DNA from: a bacterium
Lineage (GTDB): Bacteria > Zixibacteria > MSB-5A5 > GN15 > FEB-12
DNA: 39,702 nucleotides
Assembly: GCA_043826475.1 (NCBI GenBank)
Contig: JBDRQG010000231.1
Coordinates: 1-39,702, forward strand
Direction: 5' to 3'
A program made the position numbers and the translations under genes. The notes below the pieces were generated by a model. The model ran no database searches. It was not told the DNA's origin and saw only the letters and a list, made by a program, of their open reading frames with translations. Shown in pieces: positions 33,924 through 39,702 of this stretch (its first letter is position 1; every line of letters starts with the position of its first letter).

Positions 33924-35222
33924 ATGAAATTGAAGGAAAAGCTCAAAGAGAAATTCGATCCGATGCGTGATCGTGTCAGAACATTGATTAAGGAACATGG
34001 AAGTCATGTCATTTCAGAGGTAACAATTCAGCAGGCGCTTGGCGGAATTAGAGGAGTAAAATGTCTTGTTTGTGATACTTCCAACCTTGACCCGATGGAA
34101 GGTATCCGTTTTAGAGGTTATACTATTCCGGAACTGTGTGAAAAGTTACCCAAAGCACCGGGTGGGAAACAGCCACTTCCCGAAGGTCTTTTTTATTTAT
34201 TGTTAATCGGAGAATTACCTTCCGAAAATGATGTAAAAGAAATCACGGAAGAATGGCAACAGCGTTCTAAATTACCGGATTATTTGATGAAAATATTAGA
34301 TGCTTTACCAACAGATATGCATCCAATGACTCAATTTTCAACAGGTATTCTATCGCTTCAGAAGGATTCGGTTTTCTCTGAAAGATATAGAGAGGGAATA
34401 TCGAAGTATGATTTATGGGATCCAATGTATGAAGATGTAATGAACTTGTTGGCTAAACTCCCATCCATTGCAGCTTATATTTATCGAAGGTCATATAAGA
34501 AAAACGATCAGATTACAGCAGACTCATCACTGGATTGGGGGGCAAATTTTGCGCATATGATGGGAGTAGAAAATCCGGAATACCAAGAGTTGATGCGGCT
34601 TTATCTCGTTCTTCACAGCGATCATGAAAGTGGAAATGTCAGCGCTCATACTACTCATCTGGTCGGATCGGCTCTTTCTGACGCATATTACTCACTTTCG
34701 GCAGGAATTGACGGCCTTGCTGGACCATTACATGGGCTCGCAAATCAGGAAGTATTACGTTGGATCATGAATGTCAAAGAAGAACTTGGCGGTGGCGTTC
34801 CAACGAAAGAACAACTTTCGAAATTTCTATGGGATACTCTTAATAGTGGTCAGGTAATTCCTGGTTATGGGCATGCTGTATTACGAACAACTGATCCAAG
34901 ATATAAAGCCCAACGTGAATTTGCTTTCGAATATCTACCGGATGACGAAATTTTTCAGGTTGTAAGTTTACTTTATGAGATTACACCTGATATATTATTA
35001 GAACATGGCAAAGCAAAAAATCCCTGGCCAAATGTAGACGCTCATTCCGGATGTTTACAGGTCTATTATGGCGTCACGGAATATGATTTTTATACGGTAC
35101 TTTTTGGTGTGTCAAGAGCTATTGGTGTTCTTACACAATTGGTTTGGTCGCGAGCATTAGGGCTTTCGATTGAGAGACCTAAATCTGTTTCAACTGATTG
35201 GCTGTTAGAGCTGGTGAAGTAG
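33924..35222 (+). CDS. gltA: Citrate synthase
   Basis: 432 aa. IRFRGYTIPEL, LVLHSDHESGNVSAHT, GPLHGLANQEV, GYGHAVLRTTDPR, NVDAHSG. Confidence 0.9.
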   Translation: MKLKEKLKEKFDPMRDRVRTLIKEHGSHVISEVTIQQALGGIRGVKCLVCDTSNLDPMEGIRFRGYTIPELCEKLPKAPGGKQPLPEGLFYLLLIGELPSENDVKEITEEWQQRSKLPDYLMKILDALPTDMHPMTQFSTGILSLQKDSVFSERYREGISKYDLWDPMYEDVMNLLAKLPSIAAYIYRRSYKKNDQITADSSLDWGANFAHMMGVENPEYQELMRLYLVLHSDHESGNVSAHTTHLVGSALSDAYYSLSAGIDGLAGPLHGLANQEVLRWIMNVKEELGGGVPTKEQLSKFLWDTLNSGQVIPGYGHAVLRTTDPRYKAQREFAFEYLPDDEIFQVVSLLYEITPDILLEHGKAKNPWPNVDAHSGCLQVYYGVTEYDFYTVLFGVSRAIGVLTQLVWSRALGLSIERPKSVSTDWLLELVK

Positions 35223-35342
35223 GATATTCATATCGATTTGTGAAATATTTGACATTACAGGTTGAAGAGTAATAGGTAGGAAAAACGCCGGAGATTTATT
35301 AATATCGAATTCTAAAAATATAATTATTCAAAGGAGGTAAAA

Positions 35343-36689
35343 TTGGAATATCAAAAATTGAAAATACCTGAAAATGGAGAGAAAGTGGAATTTAGAGCCG
35401 GTCAAATATCTGTTCCTGATAATCCAATAATTCCCTTTATTGAGGGTGATGGAATCGGCCCAGATATTTGGAGTGCGACGAAAAATGTTATCGATGCTGC
35501 TGTAGAGAAGGCATATAACGGCAAAAAAAGCATAGAATGGTTTAAAATTCATGCCGGTTTATCCGCTTTAAAAAAATATGGTAACGATGATATTTTACCG
35601 GAAGATTCTTTAAAAGCGATTAAGGAGTACAAAGTCGCTATTAAAGGACCTTTGACAACACCAGTTGGAAAATTCGATTATGTCTGTTTAGAATGTTCCA
35701 AAGAACAGGACGGAATCAATGGAAAACGCCCGGAGAAATGTATAAAATGTGGTTCAAAATTTATCACGCCAAGATTTCGCTCTCTAAATGTCGGATTACG
35801 TCAAAAACTGGATCTTTACGCCTGCGTCCGACCTGTGAGATGGTATCAGGGAGTTCCGTGTCCTGTAAAACAGCCCGAAAAATTAGATATAATCGTATTT
35901 AGAGAAAATACCGAAGATGTATATGCGGGTATTGAATTTCAGAAGGATTCAGAAGATGCAATTAAGTTAATTGAGTTTTTAAAGGATAAATTGGGTAAAA
36001 GTGTCCGGAGAGACAGTGGTATTGGGATAAAACCAATATCCGTTACCGGTACAAAGAGATTGGTGCGGAAAGCAATAGACTATGCGATTCAACATAATAA
36101 ACCCAATATAACTCTGGTTCACAAAGGAAACATAATGAAATTCACGGAAGGGGCATTTCGTGATTGGGGATATGAATGTGCAATAAGCGAATACCGGGGA
36201 AAAATAGTAACTGAGCAGGAATTATGGGATGATTATAATGGTAAAATGCCCGAAGGAAAAATTCTGGTCAAGGATAGAATTGCGGATCAGATGTTTCAGC
36301 AAGTGCTGCTCCGTCCCGACGAATATAGTGTGCTTGCCACACCAAATCTGAATGGAGATTATCTCTCCGACGCTTGCGCTGCCCAGGTTGGCGGACTCGG
36401 TCTTGCCCCCGGTGCAAACATCGGAGATGAAATGGCTCTTTTTGAAGCAACTCATGGAACGGCTCCAAAATATACCGGGATGGATAAGGTGAATCCCAGT
36501 TCGTTGATTCTTTCCGGTGTAATGATGCTTCGATATCTGGGATGGAATGAAGCAGCTGATTTAATTGAGTTTGCTTTAGAAAAAACTATTTCTAATAAAA
36601 CAGTTACTTATGATTTGGAACGTCAGATGAAAGGAGCGGTTATGCTCAGAACTTCTGAATTTGGGAAGAAAATAGTAGAAAATATGTAA
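35343..36689 (+). CDS. icd: NADP-type isocitrate dehydrogenase carrying a ~33-aa Cys4 insertion
   Basis: 448 aa. TTG start 6 nt after AGGAGG. Collinear with E. coli Icd (recalled from memory) nearly end to end ([63 protein letters not shown]), except for the insertion at residues ~110-145. Confidence 0.95.
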   Translation: MEYQKLKIPENGEKVEFRAGQISVPDNPIIPFIEGDGIGPDIWSATKNVIDAAVEKAYNGKKSIEWFKIHAGLSALKKYGNDDILPEDSLKAIKEYKVAIKGPLTTPVGKFDYVCLECSKEQDGINGKRPEKCIKCGSKFITPRFRSLNVGLRQKLDLYACVRPVRWYQGVPCPVKQPEKLDIIVFRENTEDVYAGIEFQKDSEDAIKLIEFLKDKLGKSVRRDSGIGIKPISVTGTKRLVRKAIDYAIQHNKPNITLVHKGNIMKFTEGAFRDWGYECAISEYRGKIVTEQELWDDYNGKMPEGKILVKDRIADQMFQQVLLRPDEYSVLATPNLNGDYLSDACAAQVGGLGLAPGANIGDEMALFEATHGTAPKYTGMDKVNPSSLILSGVMMLRYLGWNEAADLIEFALEKTISNKTVTYDLERQMKGAVMLRTSEFGKKIVENM

Positions 36690-36703
36690 TGGAGGAATAA
36701 AAA

Positions 36704-37375
36704 ATGGAAAAGATATACGAACTTATGGAGCAAGCTGAGCTAAATAAATGTGAAGGAAAACTGAAAAAGGCAATTGGACAGTATTATGAAATACTGGAGA
36801 TTAACCCGGATTATATTCCGGCATTGATGAATCTGGGTAATTTACATTATATACTTGGTAGCATGCATGATTCAATTAAAGCATATCAAAAAGTTGTAGA
36901 ATTGAAGCCGAATTATTGTTTTGCTTTGTACCGGTTGGGAATTTCACAATATCGTGCCGCCCATTTCGATAAGGCCATTGAAATTTTCAAACAGATCGAA
37001 AAGGATAATACAGAATTATATATGGCGTATAACTGGATGGGTTTGTGCTATTATCATATAGGGAGAGAGGAGAAAAGTATTGAATGCTATAAAAAACTCT
37101 TAGAAAAAACCACAGAATCATCTATTATAAATTATCATTTGGGAATTGCCTGTAAGGCAAGAGGTGAATATGACGAGGCAATTAAAAATTTCGATCTCTT
37201 GATTAAGGACAATCCGAAACACGTCTCAGCCTATTTTCACTTAGGAATTTGTTATATGCGTAAATATAACATCGATAGGGCGCTGGAATTATTTAAAAAA
37301 GTATTAGAACTTAATCCAAAGCATAAACCGGCGACTGAGTATTTTGAAACTATTACTAATTTTCCACCTTTTTAA
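36704..37375 (+). CDS. TPR-repeat protein
   Basis: 223 aa with repeated ~34-aa A..Y.kal.l.P.. units (e.g. AIGQYYEILEINPDY, SIKAYQKVVELKPNY, AIKNFDLLIKDNPKH, ALELFKKVLELNPKH). Begins 14 nt after the icd stop. Confidence 0.75.
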   Translation: MEKIYELMEQAELNKCEGKLKKAIGQYYEILEINPDYIPALMNLGNLHYILGSMHDSIKAYQKVVELKPNYCFALYRLGISQYRAAHFDKAIEIFKQIEKDNTELYMAYNWMGLCYYHIGREEKSIECYKKLLEKTTESSIINYHLGIACKARGEYDEAIKNFDLLIKDNPKHVSAYFHLGICYMRKYNIDRALELFKKVLELNPKHKPATEYFETITNFPPF

Positions 37376-37448
37376 TAATGGTAAATCTGATATCTGTGCA
37401 TTAAATTGCTCCAGTTTATAGTATCTTAAATATTAATATTTTGAATTC

Positions 37449-37463
37449 ATGTTAAGTTAACAT
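37449..37463. promoter_or_regulatory. Perfect 7-1-7 palindrome ATGTTAA-G-TTAACAT, 33 nt upstream of the second malic enzyme start (candidate operator)
   Basis: Read directly from the sequence. No function is demonstrated. Confidence 0.3.
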
Positions 37464-37495
37464 TGAAGTTATCAGCAAAATTTTGAAGGGCAAAA

Positions 37496-38950
37496 ATGGA
37501 AAAAATTGATTTACGATTAAAGAACCTAAACGAGGTATTTCCGGATAATTTTTCGGAAGAACAAATTGCCAAAGCAAAGACATTATTTCTAAAAAAATTA
37601 TCTGAATCGGCGCACAAATTTTACGGTGGAAAAATTCAGACTGCACCTAAAGCCGGTGTATTTGGATTTAATTGGTTTAATGTCTGGTACACACCTGGCG
37701 TGTCAAAAATATCAACGACGATTCGGGATGATAATGATACATCTTTTGAATTGTCAAATAGGGGCAATCTCGTCGGTATTGTAAGTGATTCAACGAGAGT
37801 GTTAGGTGATGGAAACTGTACTCCTGCCGGCGGATTAGGCGTAATGGAAGGCAAGGCATTCCTGATGAAATATTTAGGTGGTGTTGATGCTGTTCCGCTT
37901 TGTATTGATAGTCGAAACGAGAAGGGTGAGAATGATCCCCAGAAGATTATTGATTTTGTAAAAATGGTTCAGCATAGTTTCGGAGCAATTAATTTAGAAG
38001 ATATTTCTCAGCCGAATTGTTATAAAGTATTGGATACACTGCGTGAAGAATGTGATATTCCGGTTTGGCATGATGACGCTCAGGGAACTGCTTGTGTCAC
38101 TTTAGCCGGATTGATTAATGCATTGAAATTAGTTAATAAAAAGATTTCCAATGTTAAAATTACCATGTTAGGTGCCGGAGCATCCAATACAACAATAGCA
38201 AGGTTAATCACTACAGCTGGTGGAGATCCTGGTAATATAATTATGTTTGACTCTACGGGCGGATTGCATAAAAACAGGGAAGATATTAAATCTGATCCAA
38301 GATTCTATCGCAAATGGGAACTTTGTCAATCAACAAATCCAAAATGCATAAGTGATTTTACCGAAGCCTGTAAAGGCGCCGATGTCCTGATTGCTCTGTC
38401 TAAACCGGGTCCAGATGTAGTGAAACCCGAATGGATTCGGTCAATGGCCAATAAATCGATTGTTTTTGTTTGTGCAAACCCGGTCCCGGAGATTTACCCC
38501 TATGCTGCGAAAGAGGCCGGAGCATATATTGTTGCAACCGGACGTGGCGATTTTCCGAACCAGATCAATAATTCACTGGGATTTCCCGGTATTCTGAAAG
38601 GCGCTTTGCTAGTAAGAGCTAAAAAAGTAACCGACAATATGGCAATCACAGCCGCTAAATCCCTGGCAAATTATGCAGAAAATAGAGGTATTGATCCGAA
38701 TAACATCGTTCCGACTATGGAAGAATTTGGGGTATTTCAGACTGAAACAGCCGATGTAGCGATGCAGGCTATTAAAGATGGCGTTGCAAGGAAAGAAATT
38801 ACCAGAGAAGAGGCTTTCCAAAAGTCTAAAGAGGGTATCATATATTCCCGTACCATGACGAAAACATTAATGGATGAGGGATATATCAAGGAACCTCCGC
38901 AAGAGTTATTACAGGATGCACTCGATTGGGCGATTGAGCAAGCTAGTTAA
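37496..38950 (+). CDS. NAD(P)-dependent malic enzyme (stand-alone paralogue of the 25218 fusion)
   Basis: 484 aa. WYTPGV, VSDSTRVLGDG, MEGKA, NLEDIS, WHDDAQGTA, GAGAS, ANPVPEI, GFPGI. Clearly paralogous to the malic-enzyme part of the 25218 product (my rough estimate by eye, not counted, is about 55-60 percent identity). Confidence 0.9.
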   Translation: MEKIDLRLKNLNEVFPDNFSEEQIAKAKTLFLKKLSESAHKFYGGKIQTAPKAGVFGFNWFNVWYTPGVSKISTTIRDDNDTSFELSNRGNLVGIVSDSTRVLGDGNCTPAGGLGVMEGKAFLMKYLGGVDAVPLCIDSRNEKGENDPQKIIDFVKMVQHSFGAINLEDISQPNCYKVLDTLREECDIPVWHDDAQGTACVTLAGLINALKLVNKKISNVKITMLGAGASNTTIARLITTAGGDPGNIIMFDSTGGLHKNREDIKSDPRFYRKWELCQSTNPKCISDFTEACKGADVLIALSKPGPDVVKPEWIRSMANKSIVFVCANPVPEIYPYAAKEAGAYIVATGRGDFPNQINNSLGFPGILKGALLVRAKKVTDNMAITAAKSLANYAENRGIDPNNIVPTMEEFGVFQTETADVAMQAIKDGVARKEITREEAFQKSKEGIIYSRTMTKTLMDEGYIKEPPQELLQDALDWAIEQAS

Positions 38951-38973
38951 ACTGTAATCCACAATAAACAAAA

Positions 38974-39006
38974 AAAATAGCCTCGTATTTGTTGCAGGGC
39001 TATTTT
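38974..39006 (+). terminator. Rho-independent-type terminator hairpin after the malic enzyme gene
   Basis: AAAATAGCC-(15 nt)-GGCTATTTT: a 9-bp stem whose 3' arm ends in TTTT, followed by AAATTTT. Lies 24 nt after the stop codon. Confidence 0.55.
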
Positions 39007-39071
39007 AAATTTTCAATTGAGTTTTAAAATATCGGATATTTAATAAAACGACTATATACGAAAGGTAACTA

Positions 39072-39488
39072 ATGCAATCTTTGACAAAACATGTGACTCT
39101 GAATGTTCCCCGCCGAAGGGCATTCATCAACATTACGCCGGAAGTGGAAGACATTGTTCATGAGAGCGGCATCAAAGAAGGACTATGCCTGGTAAATGCG
39201 ATGCATATTACGGCAAGCGTATTTATCAATGATGATGAATCCGGTCTGCACCAGGATTACGAAACCTGGCTGGAAAAACTGGCGCCGGAAAAACCCCACT
39301 CTCAGTACCATCACAATGGTTTTGAAGACAATGCCGATGCCCATCTGAAACGACAGATCATGGGAAGGGAAGTTGTGGTTGCTGTTACCAATGGGCGACT
39401 GGATTTTGGTCCCTGGGAACAGATATTTTATGGTGAATTTGATGGGAAACGCCCCAAACGTTACCTGATAAAGGTAATCGGAGAATAG
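39072..39488 (+). CDS. yjbQ: YjbQ/UPF0047 family protein (secondary thiamine-phosphate synthase-like)
   Basis: 138 aa. [64 protein letters not shown] are typical of the family. Confidence 0.85.
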   Translation: MQSLTKHVTLNVPRRRAFINITPEVEDIVHESGIKEGLCLVNAMHITASVFINDDESGLHQDYETWLEKLAPEKPHSQYHHNGFEDNADAHLKRQIMGREVVVAVTNGRLDFGPWEQIFYGEFDGKRPKRYLIKVIGE

Positions 39489-39577
39489 TTAAAAGGATTA
39501 AAAATGGCACTTGAATTTGATAAAAAAAATGCGCATATTACCACCGCTATTTACAAATGACTATTTTATAAATTGAT

Positions 39578-39621
39578 CGCGGGGTGGAGTCCCGATATAT
39601 CGGGAGTAGTTCGCTGGGCTC
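39578..39621 (+). pseudogene. Degenerate copy of the tRNA-fMet 5' half, with a 16-nt perfect palindrome replacing the D-loop
   Basis: CGCGGGGTGGAG-TCCCGATATATCGGGA-GTAGTTCGCTGGGCTC versus the downstream CGCGGGGTGGAG-CAGTTG-GTAGCTCGCTGGGCTC. It diverges after the 5' strand of the anticodon stem. Eight upstream nt (AAATTGAT) are also repeated. Confidence 0.6.
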
Positions 39622-39667
39622 TTTATAGACGGCGAGAATCACGCGAAAAGATACATTGAAAATTGAT

Positions 39668-39702
39668 CGCGGGGTGGAGCAGTTGGTAGCTCGCTGGGCT
39701 CA
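39668..39702 (+). tRNA. tRNA-Met, initiator type (5' 35 nt only; truncated by the window end)
   Basis: CGCGGGGTGGAGCAGTTGGTAGCTCGCTGGGCTCA closely matches the 5' half of E. coli tRNA-fMet (recalled from memory): C1 start, GGG run in the anticodon stem, loop beginning CTCA(T). The anticodon and 3' half are not visible. Confidence 0.85.

Noticed and set aside
39504-39560. 18-codon ORF (MALEFDKKNAHITTAIYK) and an overlapping TGGCAC...TTGA motif upstream of the tRNA region
   Set aside because: The GG-to-G spacing is one nt too long for a -24/-12 promoter. The ORF is too short to support without conservation data.
1-39702. CRISPR arrays, prophage, toxin-antitoxin or other defence systems
   Set aside because: I saw no array of three or more spaced direct repeats of 24-48 bp. 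No product has nuclease, integrase, capsid or known defence signatures. The only mobile-element trace is the IS30 stub.

Overview
AT-rich bacterial segment, apparently from an anaerobe, with every credible gene on the + strand. It reads as a redox and central-carbon supercluster.
(1) 107-8670: a cytoplasmic Mvh-type (group-3c-like) [NiFe]-hydrogenase (mvhG, mvhA, maturation endopeptidase). It is bracketed by two MvhD-like genes and interleaved with an SdhB/SdhA-like Fe-S/flavoprotein pair and a GlcD-like FAD oxidase plus Fe-S protein. No HdrABC is in view.
(2) 8867-13295: a Cache/HAMP histidine kinase, a sigma-54 NtrC-type activator and a tandem-receiver protein.
(3) 13372-22954: the most novel-looking system. 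It is an FHL-like group-4 membrane [NiFe]-hydrogenase (HycF/E/G/D/C-like). Its input side is an FdhH homologue lacking the Sec/Cys-His-Arg catalytic residues, plus an AsrA/HydB-like and AsrB/HydG-like NAD(P)H flavoprotein pair. The overall architecture resembles complex I.
(4) 23172-28297: a receiver-histidine kinase, a second tandem-receiver protein, and a receiver-malic enzyme fusion translationally coupled to ackA.
(5) 28681-38950: an IS30 transposase stub, a LarA homologue, a divergent PEPCK-like protein, aconitase, citrate synthase, an isocitrate dehydrogenase with a CxxC..CxxC insertion in its phospho-regulatory loop, a TPR protein and a second malic enzyme.
(6) 39072-39702: a YjbQ-like gene, a degenerate copy of the tRNA-fMet 5' half, and a truncated initiator-type tRNA-Met at the window edge.
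I recognised no CRISPR array, prophage or defence genes. All homology calls come from reading motifs in the supplied translations; no searches were run.
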